From assembly GCA_963705725.1 (NCBI GenBank), contig CAVPKM010000016.1, positions 73,703-137,702 of the forward strand: DNA of 64,000 nt, in the 5' to 3' direction. Position 1 is the first letter of the stretch. The number at the start of each line of letters is the position of its first letter. The notes below the pieces were generated by a model that saw only the letters and a program-made list of their open reading frames with translations, did not search any database and was not told where the DNA came from. Made by a program: the position numbers and the translations under genes. Source of the DNA: an uncultured Gammaproteobacteria bacterium. GTDB taxonomy: Bacteria; Pseudomonadota; Gammaproteobacteria; UBA6002. Shown one piece after another: positions 35,034 to 46,284 of the stretch.

Positions 35034-35779
35034 AATTTATAGCCCCGATGAATTGCTACTACGCCACCTGTCAAATTATGATAATCACAATTTTCAAACC
35101 CAATCTCTTCCATCATTTTACAGAGAGTAAGTTGATCTGGATGCATTCGAATGGATTCTGCTAGGTAGCGATAACTTTTTTCATCACCCACTATGCATTT
35201 TCCAAGAAGGGGTAATAGATTAAAAGAATAAAAGTCATAAATTTTATTAAGTGGAGAAAAAGTTGGGCGAGAAAATTCAAGAATAATCACTTTTCCACCT
35301 GGTCGTAAGACATGATACATCGAAGCTAATGCTGCTTGTTTATCCGTTACATTTCTAAGCCCGAAACCCATGGTGATGCAATCAATGCTGTTATCAGGAA
35401 AGGGAATATTCTCTGCATTCACAATGAGATAATGCGTGTTTGCTGCGATGCCGGCATCGATCAACCGATGACGTGCAAGCTCTAACATGGAAAAATTAAT
35501 ATCTGTAACAAATAATTTGCCAGTATTATCAAGCAGGGGAGCAATCCTTAATGACAGATCTCCTGTTCCAGCCGCAAGATCCAAGATGTTATGATAAGTT
35601 TTAATTGATGCCAGTTCTATTGCGATCTTTTTCCAGATTCGATGAATTCCAAGAGACATTAAGTCATTCATTACATCATATTTGCCCGCTACTGAATGAA
35701 AAACTTCTGCAACGCGTTCGGTTTTTTCAATAGAAGGAATTTTTTCAAAACCAAAGTGGGTGAAGTTATCTTTGCTCAT
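35030..35779 (-). CDS. ubiE: Ubiquinone/menaquinone C-methyltransferase (start corrected to 35779)
   Basis: THFGF, YDVMNDLMSLGIHRIWK, LDLAAGTGD, YLAESIRMHP. Confidence 0.98.
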   Translation of the reverse strand: MSKDNFTHFGFEKIPSIEKTERVAEVFHSVAGKYDVMNDLMSLGIHRIWKKIAIELASIKTYHNILDLAAGTGDLSLRIAPLLDNTGKLFVTDINFSMLELARHRLIDAGIAANTHYLIVNAENIPFPDNSIDCITMGFGLRNVTDKQAALASMYHVLRPGGKVIILEFSRPTFSPLNKIYDFYSFNLLPLLGKCIVGDEKSYRYLAESIRMHPDQLTLCKMMEEIGFENCDYHNLTGGVVAIHRGYKF

Positions 35780-37019
35780 AAGCGAATTCTCCTCCAAGAA
35801 AAGCATATCGGACTTGCCCTTTTAAGGGTTTATCAAGGAATGGAGTGTTATCACCAAATTTTTTACAAATATCTTTCGTCAATATCCAGTTTTTTGCTGG
35901 ATCAAAAATAATGAAATCAGCCAGTTCATTAATCTTTAGACTGCCTGCGGAAATACCTAATATTTTTGCAGGTCGACAAGTAATATAACTCAATGCTTCA
36001 ATCCAAGAGAGATTTTCCTCTTCAGCTAACTTAAGCGTTAAAGGCAGCAATAAGGGCCAGGAGGACATCCCAGGTGCGGAATCTTGAAACGGGTGCATTT
36101 TTTTATCTCTTGATACCATAAGATGATTACTGCTGATCGCATTAATCATGTTACTTTTAAGTGCATCTCTTAAATATATTTTGTCATCCTCTGTTCTAAG
36201 CGGGGGGATGACGTGATACATGCCATTGGTTAGTTCCACTTGTTGTTCAGTAAAAAACAAATGTGAAATTGCTACGTCGCAGGATATCGGCAAAGGGAAG
36301 TTGATATTTTTTTCTAGTAATTTTATTGACTTTTCGCTTGAAATGGCATGAAAATGAGCATCAATCCCCACCTCTTCCAGTAATACCAACTCTGTTGCGA
36401 GTGCAAATGTTTCAGCAAGTGTAGGAATGCCGGGCAGTCCGAGTTTGAAACTGACCTCGCCTTGATGCATGCAACCATTTTTACTCAGCGCAGGATCTTG
36501 AGGGCAAAGATATAATTTAGCGCCAAACATGGATAGGTAATCATAACAGTGTTTTTTAATTAACGTATTTTCGAAAGAAGAATAGCCATTTGAAAAGCCG
36601 ATACAACCGGCTTGCTGGTGCAAGGCAAGTTCATTCAAGAGCTGCCCTTCTTGTTTTTGTGTAAGAGTTGCAATCAAGTAAGCGCGAGTATAACCAGGTA
36701 ATTTCTGACTAAGATAACGAATTTCTGATAGAGATAGTTGAGAGGTAAGGGTTGCTACATGCGTAATGCCAACACTGGGTGCCGCTTTTAATTGTGCGGA
36801 TAATTGCTCAAGGTTTAAAGACGAGAGATCAGCGTAAAGGTCAACAATGCCAGGGCAAGCAGCCAAACCGCCTGCATCAATAATTTTATCCGGAATAAAA
36901 TCAGCCAAAGGTTTGGGTTGAATGGCTACAATCTTGCCATCTGCTATATAGATATTTGCAATTTGATCAAATTTTGTTTCGGGATTGATTACCCGAGCAC
37001 CTAGAATGGCTATTTTCAC
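35766..37019 (-). CDS. Dihydroorotase-like protein, probably inactive PyrC'
   Basis: Amidohydrolase framework (PGIVDL, PPLRT, ADFIIFD, NTPF) but HxH is replaced by YAD; directly behind pyrB. Confidence 0.85.
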   Translation of the reverse strand: MKIAILGARVINPETKFDQIANIYIADGKIVAIQPKPLADFIPDKIIDAGGLAACPGIVDLYADLSSLNLEQLSAQLKAAPSVGITHVATLTSQLSLSEIRYLSQKLPGYTRAYLIATLTQKQEGQLLNELALHQQAGCIGFSNGYSSFENTLIKKHCYDYLSMFGAKLYLCPQDPALSKNGCMHQGEVSFKLGLPGIPTLAETFALATELVLLEEVGIDAHFHAISSEKSIKLLEKNINFPLPISCDVAISHLFFTEQQVELTNGMYHVIPPLRTEDDKIYLRDALKSNMINAISSNHLMVSRDKKMHPFQDSAPGMSSWPLLLPLTLKLAEEENLSWIEALSYITCRPAKILGISAGSLKINELADFIIFDPAKNWILTKDICKKFGDNTPFLDKPLKGQVRYAFLGGEFAYEQR

Positions 37020-37939
37020 CTTGTCTCCTTTGGGTTCAAAAGTGAAGTCATGGCGGCCATTCTAATGGCAACACCAAATGAGACTTGAGAAAGTATGACT
37101 GATCTGGGTCCATCGGCCACTTCAGAACTGATTTCTATCTCTCGATTGAGCGGACCGGGATGCATAATAATGACGTCTTTTTTTGCGCAATGCAGTTTTG
37201 TTTCGGTTAAGCCGTAAAGCGTAGAGTATTCTCGTTCATTGGGAAGATAAACGCCAGCCATGCGTTCTTTCTGTAAACGCAAGCTAACAATGACGTCAGC
37301 ATCCTGAATCCCTTCTTCAAGGCAATAGCTAAGGTTAACACCAAGTGAAGCGGTGTTTTTGGGGATTAATGTCCTTGGGCCTACAACCGTTATTTCGCTT
37401 ACGCCAAGATTTTTTAATCCAAAAATTAAAGATCTTGCGACCCTTGAATGCAAAATATCGCCGACGATGGCCACTTTAATATTAGGAAAATTCTTTTTGT
37501 AATAGCGGATGGTAAAAATATCTAATAAGCCTTGCGTTGGATGTTCATGGCAACCATCACCTGCATTAATAATTGAAGCATCGAACTGAATAGACTTGGC
37601 TAGAAATTCCGCTGCGCCGCTCCTCGGACTTCGAATAATAAGCAAGTCGATATTCATCGAAAAAAGGTTGTTGACCGTATCCAGTAGGCTTTCACCTTTT
37701 TTGGCTGAAGAGCTAGCAACCGGAATATTGATGACTTCTGCACCTAATCGCTTAGCCGCAATTTCAAAGCTGCTTCGAGTACGAGTGCTGTTTTCAAAAA
37801 ATAAATTCACTACAACTTTGTTAGTTAATGTATTTTTGATTTTCTCGATTTCAGTCACGCGATGAAAATATTCTGCAAGCTGCAAGATATCAAGAATTTG
37901 CTCTGAAGATAATTCCGCTAGTCCAAGTAAATGTTTCAT
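37016..37939 (-). CDS. pyrB: Aspartate carbamoyltransferase catalytic chain
   Basis: FFENSTRTR, NAGDG.HEHPTQ, HSRVARS, MHPGP. Confidence 0.98.
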   Translation of the reverse strand: MKHLLGLAELSSEQILDILQLAEYFHRVTEIEKIKNTLTNKVVVNLFFENSTRTRSSFEIAAKRLGAEVINIPVASSSAKKGESLLDTVNNLFSMNIDLLIIRSPRSGAAEFLAKSIQFDASIINAGDGCHEHPTQGLLDIFTIRYYKKNFPNIKVAIVGDILHSRVARSLIFGLKNLGVSEITVVGPRTLIPKNTASLGVNLSYCLEEGIQDADVIVSLRLQKERMAGVYLPNEREYSTLYGLTETKLHCAKKDVIIMHPGPLNREIEISSEVADGPRSVILSQVSFGVAIRMAAMTSLLNPKETR

Positions 37940-37947
37940 TTAACCCA

Positions 37948-38358
37948 TTAACCCTTTCTCATCCAGTCCTCAAGTATCAATTTAGCAGCAAAACAATCGA
38001 TTGAAATCTTGCTCAAAGCCTTATACCCGCCTAAATCAAAAAGCTGTTGCCTTGCTTCTACTGTTGTTAATCGCTCATCTACTTCATAAATAGGAAGTTC
38101 GAAACGATTTCTTAGCTCATTGGCAAATTTTTTTGCTTTTTTTGTGATTGGCTGCGAGGTGGCGTCCATATTGAGCGGGATGCCTATTATTATTCCTTCA
38201 GGCTGCCATTTTGCAATCAACAAAGCGATTGTTTCCCAGCTTGGAACGCCCCATTTAGCAGGTATCGGTGTGAGTGGATTGGCGCTTAGCGTAACCGATT
38301 GCCCAACTGCTACACCTATCTTCTTGGTTCCAAAATCAAAGCTTAAAAAGTTAGCCAT
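37948..38358 (-). CDS. yqgF: Pre-16S rRNA nuclease YqgF/RuvX
   Basis: FDFGTKKIGVAVG, GIP, DERLTTVEA. Confidence 0.95.
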   Translation of the reverse strand: MANFLSFDFGTKKIGVAVGQSVTLSANPLTPIPAKWGVPSWETIALLIAKWQPEGIIIGIPLNMDATSQPITKKAKKFANELRNRFELPIYEVDERLTTVEARQQLFDLGGYKALSKISIDCFAAKLILEDWMRKG

Positions 38359-38911
38359 GCCCAACATCTGTAGATAGACGATCGAGGTCTATTCCCATCA
38401 GCTTTGCAGAAGCGCGCCATCGTTCTTGAAAAGGTATTTTAAATAAAATGTCTAGATCAACATCTGCAGAAAGCCAGGCATTATCAGCGAATTCTTGTTC
38501 TAGTTGACCTTCTTTCCAAGTGGAATAACCTAGGCATACCAAAAGGTTTTCTGGATGATGCTGGACAATATTTTGTAACACCTCTTTTGAAGCAGAGACA
38601 GTAATTTTGTGTTCTTCATCAATCACATCGCCAGGACATAGTTCTGGGTGGGTATGCACAATAAACCCTTGTTCCGAAGCAACCGGCCCGCCCAGCATCA
38701 CCTGATTTTTATCAATAGATGTGTTTGTGAGGGGAATGTTTAGATGTTCTAAGATTTCACCAATAGTAATATCAAGAGGCTTATTGATTATCAATCCGCT
38801 CGCCCCTTTTTCACTATGCTCAAACAACAGGGTAACCGTCTGCTGAAAATAGGGATCATTTAAAGTCGGCATTGCTATCAAAAGACGATTTTTAAAAGTT
38901 TGTACTGACAT
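38351..38911 (-). CDS. yqgE: YqgE/AlgH family protein
   Basis: LIAMP..DPYF, GGPV, LGYSTW..GQLEQE. Confidence 0.95.
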   Translation of the reverse strand: MSVQTFKNRLLIAMPTLNDPYFQQTVTLLFEHSEKGASGLIINKPLDITIGEILEHLNIPLTNTSIDKNQVMLGGPVASEQGFIVHTHPELCPGDVIDEEHKITVSASKEVLQNIVQHHPENLLVCLGYSTWKEGQLEQEFADNAWLSADVDLDILFKIPFQERWRASAKLMGIDLDRLSTDVGHG

Positions 38912-39017
38912 ATTCTCTTTCTCATTGAATGATCAAGCGTTTCCGAATGTTATACCATAGTGTGCCAATTTCTGTAATAATCAGTGCATAATTTTAGTTA
39001 ACCCTGGAGAGTTCTTC

Positions 39018-40571
39018 ATGAATGACACCATTGCTATTTCTCAACATATTGATTTATCCGCATCGGAATTAATCACTAAAGCTCTTGAAAGAGAGGAAGG
39101 GGTGTTAAGCGCAAATGAAGCACTGACCGTTAACACCGGAAAAAGAACGGGGCGTTCTCCTAAAGATCGATTTATTGTTAAAGATGAACAAACAGCAGAA
39201 ACTGTTGACTGGAATGCGATTAATCAACCTTTTGATTCAAAAGATTTTGATTCACTTTGGCAAAAGGCAAAGGATTTTTTAGAAAATAATGAATTTTTTA
39301 TTTCTCATCTATGGGTGGGTGCTGAACCTCAATATGCTCTTCCAGTTAAGGTGATGACAGAGCTAGCTTGGCATAATCTTTTTGGACAAAACCTTTTCAT
39401 TAAAGAGTCGATGGGTGAATGGTCAAAAGACAAGGCCTGGACTATTATAAATGTTCCTTCATTTAGCGCGGATCCAAGTTGCGATCATACTCATAGTGAT
39501 GCCGCGGTCATTCTCGATATGACCAAACGCAAAGTGTTAATTTGTGGAACACTTTATGCGGGTGAAATGAAAAAAGCGATGTTTTCTGTATTAAATTACC
39601 TCCTGCCAGCACAGAATGTATTGCCTATGCATTGTGCCGCCAATAAAGGACCCAATGGTGATGTTGCTTTATTTTTTGGCCTGTCAGGAACGGGGAAAAC
39701 CACACTTTCAGCAGATGCAGAGCGATTTTTAATCGGCGATGATGAGCATGGTTGGAGCGGCAGTGGGGTGTTTAACTTTGAAGGAGGCTGCTATGCAAAA
39801 TGTATTAATCTTTCAGAGCAAAACGAACCTGTTATTTGGAATGCAATTTCTTATGGCACCATCATGGAAAATGTGGTGCTTCATCCAGAGACCGGCGAGC
39901 CGCTTTATGATGATGATCGTCTTACTCAAAATACTCGGGCAGCCTATCCTCGTGAGTTTATTGCAAAACGTGTATTAGAAAATAAAGCTGGCGAGCCAAA
40001 AGCTGTTATCTTTTTAACTTGCGATCTTTATGGCATTTTCCCCCCCTGTGTCCTTGCTTAGCAAGGAGCAGGCTGCCTATCATTTTTTGAGTGGCTATAC
40101 CGCTCACATAGGCAGCACGGAAGTAGGAGGTAGCAAGGGAATTGCCCCCACTTTTAGCACTTGCTTTGGTGCGCCTTTTTTCCCAAGACCGCCACAAGTC
40201 TATGCGAATCTCTTGATGCAAAGAATTGAAGAAACAAATTGCCAATTTATTTTGGTCAATACAGGATGGACGGGAGGCGCTTTCGGTAAGGGTGGAGAAA
40301 GATTCTCTCTATTCCCACTACTCGTGCAATTATTAGAGCCATTCTTCTTGATGGAATTAAAAATACTGAAACGACGGTATTGCCCGGATTTCATTTTAGC
40401 ATTCCTAAGTCGATTCCTGGCGTTGATAAGTTATTAAACCCCCAAGCTACTTGGTCAAATCTTGATCACTTTGAAGCCGAAAAGCGGACTTTGATCGCGA
40501 AATTTATTGAAAATTTCAAAAAATTCAATGTTAGTCAAAATATTATCGATGCCGGACCCACGCTAGATTAG
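39018..40571 (+). pseudogene. pckA: PEP carboxykinase (ATP), broken by two frameshifts (real or assembly error)
   Basis: [32 protein letters not shown]; three consecutive ORFs join into ~516 aa after removing one C in 40040-40046 and one CT in 40304-40310. Confidence 0.9.
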
Positions 40572-40581
40572 GAAACCTAAT

Positions 40582-41409
40582 ATGAACAAACCGACAATCA
40601 CCTTCCTGGGTGCAGGAAATATGGCGAGTAGCTTAATTGTTGGGCTTGTTTCCGATCATTATCCTTGTGATAAAATTATTGCTACCAACTCCTCCAGTCC
40701 AGAAAAATTAAATAATTTGAAAGAATGTTTTAATGTTCGAGTAACTGCAAGTAATGTCGAAGGTGCTGAACAGGGTGAGATATGGGTGCTTGCTGTCAAA
40801 CCTACTGCTGTCAAGCAGGTAATAGAAGAAATCAAGCCCTTACTGGAAGTTAAAAAACCGCTAATTATTTCCGTGGTAACAGGCATTCGTTCAAGCACGA
40901 TAAGCAAGTGGGCTGGGGTTTCTGCTTTATCTATTGTGCGCAGCATGCCGAACACCCCTGCGCTACTGGGGTGTGGAATAACTGGATTATGGAAAAATCA
41001 TTTTGTTAGCGACGAGGAAGCTCGAATTGCTGAATCAATTTTGCGCGCGGTAGGAATTACGCTATGGGTAGAAAATGAACAAAATTTAGATGCCATTACC
41101 GCAATTTCTGGTTCTGGGCCTGCTTATTTCTTTTTAATTATGGAAACTATTATCGATTGGGCATGTAAAATGGGTTTTAGCAAGGAGCAAGCGGAGCTAT
41201 TAACCATTCACACGGCTTTGGGCGCATCTCGAATGGCTCTAGAAAGTGACAAAGACCTAAAAATTTTACGAGAACAAGTGACTTCTCCTGGAGGAACAAC
41301 CGAACGAGCAATTAGCGTGCTCGAATCAGGTCAAATTAGAAATTTACTTGATAAAGCATTGCAGGCTGCAAGAGAACGAGCAATTGAAATGTCTCAAATA
41401 TTGGAATAA
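40582..41409 (+). CDS. proC: Pyrroline-5-carboxylate reductase
   Basis: GAGNMA, MPNTP, SGSGPAY, VTSPGGTT. Confidence 0.98.
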   Translation: MNKPTITFLGAGNMASSLIVGLVSDHYPCDKIIATNSSSPEKLNNLKECFNVRVTASNVEGAEQGEIWVLAVKPTAVKQVIEEIKPLLEVKKPLIISVVTGIRSSTISKWAGVSALSIVRSMPNTPALLGCGITGLWKNHFVSDEEARIAESILRAVGITLWVENEQNLDAITAISGSGPAYFFLIMETIIDWACKMGFSKEQAELLTIHTALGASRMALESDKDLKILREQVTSPGGTTERAISVLESGQIRNLLDKALQAARERAIEMSQILE

Positions 41410-41411
41410 TA

Positions 41412-41993
41412 ATGATAAATTTTCTTAGTACATTGATGCAATATATTGTTTCTGTTTGCTTTGATTTGATTATTTTCATTGTTTTGTTTTTCTTTCTTAT
41501 TGAACTCTCAAAAACTCATGTTCATCATCCAATCCGCCAAGCTATTTTACGGTATATGGGACCGCTGATCGATCCTATTCATAAGGCGTTCCCTGTCTAC
41601 CGAGACATTGATACGGGCTTGTTATTTTTGTTGTTTGTGTTTGAAATAATCAAATTATCACTAATGTTTATTCTTGTGGGGCAGTTTCCTATCATTACCT
41701 TGCTTTTCTTTTGGAGCATCCTCATAGTGATTAATGCGTTTCTCAATTTTTGTCTGCTTTTGATGTTGTTTAGACTGATAATCAGCTGGATGTTGCCAAT
41801 TTATTCCAACCATCCCGCGGTGCAATTATTATTTATATTATCAGAACCCATCCTCAAGCCTATTCGTCACCTTTTTCCAACAATCAAAGGTTTTGACTGG
41901 ACTCCGCTTGCAGTCATTATTGTATTAAAAATTCTGTCCTCATTAATTGTTTTCATTTTAATGCAATTAGGTGCCCCTGCCTTCATTCTTTAA
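41412..41993 (+). CDS. yggT: YggT family membrane protein
   Basis: Two YGGT repeats (HPI..PLIDPI; ISW..EPILKPIR..GFDWTP); behind proC. Confidence 0.9.
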   Translation: MINFLSTLMQYIVSVCFDLIIFIVLFFFLIELSKTHVHHPIRQAILRYMGPLIDPIHKAFPVYRDIDTGLLFLLFVFEIIKLSLMFILVGQFPIITLLFFWSILIVINAFLNFCLLLMLFRLIISWMLPIYSNHPAVQLLFILSEPILKPIRHLFPTIKGFDWTPLAVIIVLKILSSLIVFILMQLGAPAFIL

Positions 41994-42050
41994 TAAGTGT
42001 GATCTTTTCAAGCTTCCGCTGAATAGTTTTCATTCACAAGGGCGCGCCTA

Positions 42051-42078
42051 TTGACTTTTTATGTTCACCACCTATGCT
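42051..42078 (+). promoter_or_regulatory. Putative sigma70 promoter of trxA
   Basis: TTGACT-N16-TATGCT. Confidence 0.55.
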
Positions 42079-42133
42079 TAGTCAATTTAACGAATGTATA
42101 GAATAGTATATGTTTAATTTTGGAGGAGTTTTA

Positions 42134-42460
42134 ATGTCAGAAAACGCAATCGCAATCACCGATAGCAGTTTTGAAAAAGAAGTATTGCAGTCACAACTTC
42201 CAGTACTTGTAGATTTTTGGGCAGAATGGTGTGGTCCCTGCAAAATGATCGCCCCTATATTAGAAGAAATTGCAAAGGAACGAAAAAACCAACTCGTTGT
42301 TGCCAAAATAAATATTGATGAAAATGCAGAAACGCCTGTCAAATATGGTGTGCTTGGTATCCCTACTTTAATTTTGTTTAAGCAAGGCAAAGTTGAAGCA
42401 ACAAAGGTAGGCGCATTAACTAAAACACAACTCAGCGCCTTTATCGAAGAAAATATATAA
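42134..42460 (+). CDS. trxA: Thioredoxin (start corrected to 42134)
   Basis: [14 protein letters not shown]; GGAGG RBS; upstream of rho. Confidence 0.98.
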   Translation: MSENAIAITDSSFEKEVLQSQLPVLVDFWAEWCGPCKMIAPILEEIAKERKNQLVVAKINIDENAETPVKYGVLGIPTLILFKQGKVEATKVGALTKTQLSAFIEENI

Positions 42461-42470
42461 CCTGTTTATC

Positions 42471-42527
42471 TACCCTTTGCGAGTGGATTGTAGACTAGAT
42501 GCAAGAGATTCTTTCACAAAGGGTATA
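42471..42527. repeat. Family B miniature element, internally deleted copy
   Basis: TACCCTTTGCGAGTGGATTGTAGACTAGATGCAAG...TTCACAAAGGGTATA; 9-bp perfect terminal IR; left part colinear with 63124-63160. Confidence 0.72.
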
Positions 42528-42529
42528 TA

Positions 42530-42558
42530 TTGCAAAATGCTGACAAAGGATCTATGAT
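42530..42558 (+). promoter_or_regulatory. Putative sigma70 promoter of rho
   Basis: TTGCAA-N17-TATGAT immediately after the family B element. Confidence 0.5.
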
Positions 42559-42666
42559 TGGCTAGTCTTCATTTATCACGTCCGGCGAGCTTCCTGATTA
42601 TGGTTTCTTCCAGAGCTTACATCTCTGAGTAAGGTCTTTATAATTCCAACCTAAAGTAACTAAACT

Positions 42667-43923
42667 ATGCATATAAATGAACTAAAGAAAAAATCTGCCT
42701 CAGAACTGATGGTGATGATTAAAGAGCTAAATATCGACAATATGGCAAGGGCGACGAATTCCGCCATGATCGTCGCGATTATGAGCGAGCATGCCAAGAG
42801 GAATATGGATATTTATGGCGACGGTGTACTTGAAATTTTACCTGATGGCTATGGATTTTTACGTTCTCCTGAAAGTTCCTTTATGCCAGCGCCTGACGAT
42901 ATCTATGTTTCGCCGAGTCAAATAAGAAAATTTGGTCTACGTACTGGCGATATGGTATCTGGAAAAATAAGACCTCCCAAAGAAGGCGAGCGCTATTTCG
43001 CATTGTTACAGGTAAAAGACATTAATTTTGACACGCCTGATAAGGCCAAAGATAAAATTCTTTTTGAAAATCTCACCCCCTTATTTCCGAATGAACGAAT
43101 TGTCATGCAAAGAGCAGATGGCAGCACGGAAGATCTTACCGCTCGTTTTATTGATCTTGTTGCTCCAATTGGTAAGGGTCAGCGCGGCTTAATTGTTTCG
43201 CCTCCGAAAGCCGGAAAAACCATGATACTGCAGAATATTGCACAATCAATTGCTAAAAATCATCCGGAATGCTATCTGATTGTGCTACTTATTGATGAGC
43301 GACCGGAAGAAGTGACCGAAATGGCACGCTCGGTCAAAGGAGAAGTCATTGCGAGTACCTTTGATGAACCTGCCACTCGTCATGTACAAGTAGCGGAAAT
43401 GGTAATTGAAAAAGCTAAGCGGTTAGTAGAGCATAAGCATGACGTTGTCATTTTGCTTGATTCTATCACCAGGCTTGCACGTGCTTATAACACAGTGATT
43501 CCTGCCTCAGGTAAGGTACTGACAGGGGGAGTTGATGCAAATGCCCTTCAAAGGCCTAAGCGATTTTTTGGTGCAGCTAGAAATGTCGAAGGTGGTGGCA
43601 GTTTAACGATTTTGGCTACTGCGCTGATTGATACGGGTTCTAAAATGGACGATGTTATCTATGAAGAATTTAAAGGCACAGGTAACAACGAGTTGCATTT
43701 ATTGCGAGAAGCTGCTGAAAAACGTATTTTCCCTGCCATTGATATTAATCGTTCAGGTACAAGACGTGAAGAATTAATCACCACGCTGGATGAATTACAA
43801 AAAATGCGCATTCTTCGAAAATTATTACATTCCATGGATAAAGTGCAAGCCATTGATTTCTTGCGTGATCGCATGAAAAATCGAAAGACAAATGAAGAAT
43901 TTTTTGAAGATATGAAACGTTAA
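42667..43923 (+). CDS. rho: Transcription termination factor Rho
   Basis: [34 protein letters not shown]. Confidence 0.99.
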   Translation: MHINELKKKSASELMVMIKELNIDNMARATNSAMIVAIMSEHAKRNMDIYGDGVLEILPDGYGFLRSPESSFMPAPDDIYVSPSQIRKFGLRTGDMVSGKIRPPKEGERYFALLQVKDINFDTPDKAKDKILFENLTPLFPNERIVMQRADGSTEDLTARFIDLVAPIGKGQRGLIVSPPKAGKTMILQNIAQSIAKNHPECYLIVLLIDERPEEVTEMARSVKGEVIASTFDEPATRHVQVAEMVIEKAKRLVEHKHDVVILLDSITRLARAYNTVIPASGKVLTGGVDANALQRPKRFFGAARNVEGGGSLTILATALIDTGSKMDDVIYEEFKGTGNNELHLLREAAEKRIFPAIDINRSGTRREELITTLDELQKMRILRKLLHSMDKVQAIDFLRDRMKNRKTNEEFFEDMKR

Positions 43924-43941
43924 GGCCTGTCAGTTAAAGGC

Positions 43942-45405
43942 ATGCATTATGAAGATTTGCGTGATTTTTTAAAGATTTTGGCAGAACGTCAAGAGTTGAA
44001 GAAAATTCATCTTGAAATAGATCCCAAGTTTGAAATGACGGAAATTAGTGATCGAGTGCTCAAGCAGCAAGGTCCAGCACTGTTATTTGAAAACCCCAAA
44101 AATCATACTTATCCTGTGCTAACTAATCTGTTTGGCACCACGTCGCGCATTGCGTTGGCAATGGGGCAAAAAACTATTCACGATCTAAGAGAATTAGGTC
44201 AACGCTTAGCCTTTCTTAAAGAACCTGAGCTTCCCCGCGGATTTAAAGATGCCAGGAACAAGCTGCCGATATTGAAGCAAATTCTTAGCTTAAGGCCTAA
44301 GCACTTAAAAAAAGGCATCTGCCAGCAAAATGTGCTTCGTGGTAAAGAAGTAGACCTGGGCCAACTGCCGATACAAACCTGTTGGCCTCTTGATGTTGCA
44401 CCATTAATTACTTGGGGATTAGTCGTCACTCAAGATCCTGATGGCAAGCGACAAAATCTTGGAATTTATCGCCAGCAGCTACTCGACCGAAATAAATTGA
44501 TTATGCGTTGGCTGGCGCATCGAGGTGGAGCACTTGATTATCAGCGTTGGCAGGCAAAATATCCCGGCGAGCGTTTTCCTATTGTCGTGATAATCGGTGC
44601 AGATCCTGCAACCATGCTTGCTGCGGTAACGCCTATCCCCGACAATTTATCAGAATATGCATTTGCTGGGTTATTAAGAGGACATCGTACTGAATTAGCC
44701 CCTTCGCTACTTCACCCTAATTTGTCTGTTCCCGCGCGCGCAGAAATTGTGCTGGAAGGATATATTGAACCTGATGAGCTTGCTGAAGAAGGGCCTTATG
44801 GAGACCATACCGGTTATTATAATGAAATCGAAAAATTCCCGGTGTTTACTGTTGAAGCCATCACTTTTAGAGATAATCCTATTTACCAAAGCACCTATAC
44901 AGGAAGGCCACCCGATGAACCGGCGGTACTAGGCCTTGCGTTGAATGAATTATTTATTCCCTTATTGCAGCGACAATACCCTGAGATCGTGGATTTTTAT
45001 TTGCCTATGGAAGGATGTTCCTATCGTTTTGCCTTGGTCAGCATTAAGAAACAGTACCCCGGACAAGCAAAAAGAGTGATGTTTGGTATTTGGTCTTTTT
45101 TAAAACAGTTTATGTATACCAAATTTATTGTAGTTGTCGATGAGGATATTAACATACGCGATTGGCAGGATGTAATCTGGGCGGTTACCACCCGCATGGA
45201 CCCTGCTCGTGATACCATCTTAATTGAAAATACTCCCATTGATTATTTAGATTTTGCTTCTCCAGTCTCTGGTCTAGGCTCAAAAATTGGATTTGATGCG
45301 ACAAATAAATGGCGAGGAGAAACAGAACGCGAGTGGGGGCGACCCATTAGAATGAATCAGGAGATAATTACTCGAATCGATAAGCTATGGGCAGAACTTT
45401 TTTAA
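43942..45405 (+). CDS. ubiD: 4-hydroxy-3-polyprenylbenzoate decarboxylase
   Basis: [34 protein letters not shown]; behind rho. Confidence 0.97.
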   Translation: MHYEDLRDFLKILAERQELKKIHLEIDPKFEMTEISDRVLKQQGPALLFENPKNHTYPVLTNLFGTTSRIALAMGQKTIHDLRELGQRLAFLKEPELPRGFKDARNKLPILKQILSLRPKHLKKGICQQNVLRGKEVDLGQLPIQTCWPLDVAPLITWGLVVTQDPDGKRQNLGIYRQQLLDRNKLIMRWLAHRGGALDYQRWQAKYPGERFPIVVIIGADPATMLAAVTPIPDNLSEYAFAGLLRGHRTELAPSLLHPNLSVPARAEIVLEGYIEPDELAEEGPYGDHTGYYNEIEKFPVFTVEAITFRDNPIYQSTYTGRPPDEPAVLGLALNELFIPLLQRQYPEIVDFYLPMEGCSYRFALVSIKKQYPGQAKRVMFGIWSFLKQFMYTKFIVVVDEDINIRDWQDVIWAVTTRMDPARDTILIENTPIDYLDFASPVSGLGSKIGFDATNKWRGETEREWGRPIRMNQEIITRIDKLWAELF

Positions 45406-45498
45406 CGAGATACTTGTTGTTTCTAATAACAGAAGGAGAAAAGACAGAAATTTATTAAAATATACTATAATTGAATAGTAAAGAAGAGAGGCGAGCTT

Positions 45499-46278
45499 AT
45501 GATTGAAAAAGCGCATAGGCGCCAGCATGACTCGACGCTTGCTGTCGACCTGCAGGTTAGGCTTAAAAATCCTACAGTCTATTCCATTTTACGGCAACAC
45601 TATCCATCGGAAACGACACAGTTGTTAATGGAATTGCGGGAGCTTGATCATTCGGCCCAAGGTAATAAGGTAGACATTATCCTAGCCCTTATTTCCGACT
45701 ATTCAGAAAAATGTCAACAAAATAAAAAAGTCTCTAACGATTTGATGCAGCATATTTATACATTTCTTGATCCTTTGTTACACGAACTCAATGCTTTAAA
45801 TAAAAATATTCATGCTAACCAGGTAACCATTACCTGCGCACTAGATGGTTATACTTTAAATAGAACCTGCCACTTAGTTGAAAAAATCGCATCTTTTATT
45901 GATAAACACCAACAGCCTCTTGATTTTAAGAGGCAAACCTGGGGTTACCCATCATCCTCAAGCATGTTAAAACCTGCATTCTTATCTTTTAAGACAAAAC
46001 AGGCAGACAAGGCTGAAATTTCAACTGCAAAAACTTTACTTGATTTTTGCATTCAGCTACGTAATGAAATTGGCAGTCCGGAAACAAAACCAAAGGGACA
46101 AGTTATTAATTTTATGGTTATTTTATGCGATTTAAAACAGTCTCCCACTCTTCCTGCAGAACTTTCCCAGATAATTGAGCACGAAGTGGCGTCACTTTAT
46201 CGATTTTATCCAAAACTTGCAGCAGCAGGAGAAAAGTTACAAAAAGCGATTGCAAATAATCAAATGCAAAAACCATAA
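45499..46278 (+). CDS. Hypothetical protein (helical)
   Basis: 259-aa ORF with a purine-rich RBS; no recognisable motif. Confidence 0.7.
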   Translation: MIEKAHRRQHDSTLAVDLQVRLKNPTVYSILRQHYPSETTQLLMELRELDHSAQGNKVDIILALISDYSEKCQQNKKVSNDLMQHIYTFLDPLLHELNALNKNIHANQVTITCALDGYTLNRTCHLVEKIASFIDKHQQPLDFKRQTWGYPSSSSMLKPAFLSFKTKQADKAEISTAKTLLDFCIQLRNEIGSPETKPKGQVINFMVILCDLKQSPTLPAELSQIIEHEVASLYRFYPKLAAAGEKLQKAIANNQMQKP

Positions 46279-46284
46279 TAGCAA

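Noticed and set aside
40040-40310. Compensating frameshift pair in pckA
   Set aside because: The net shift is +3, but the original frame hits TAG at 40059-40061
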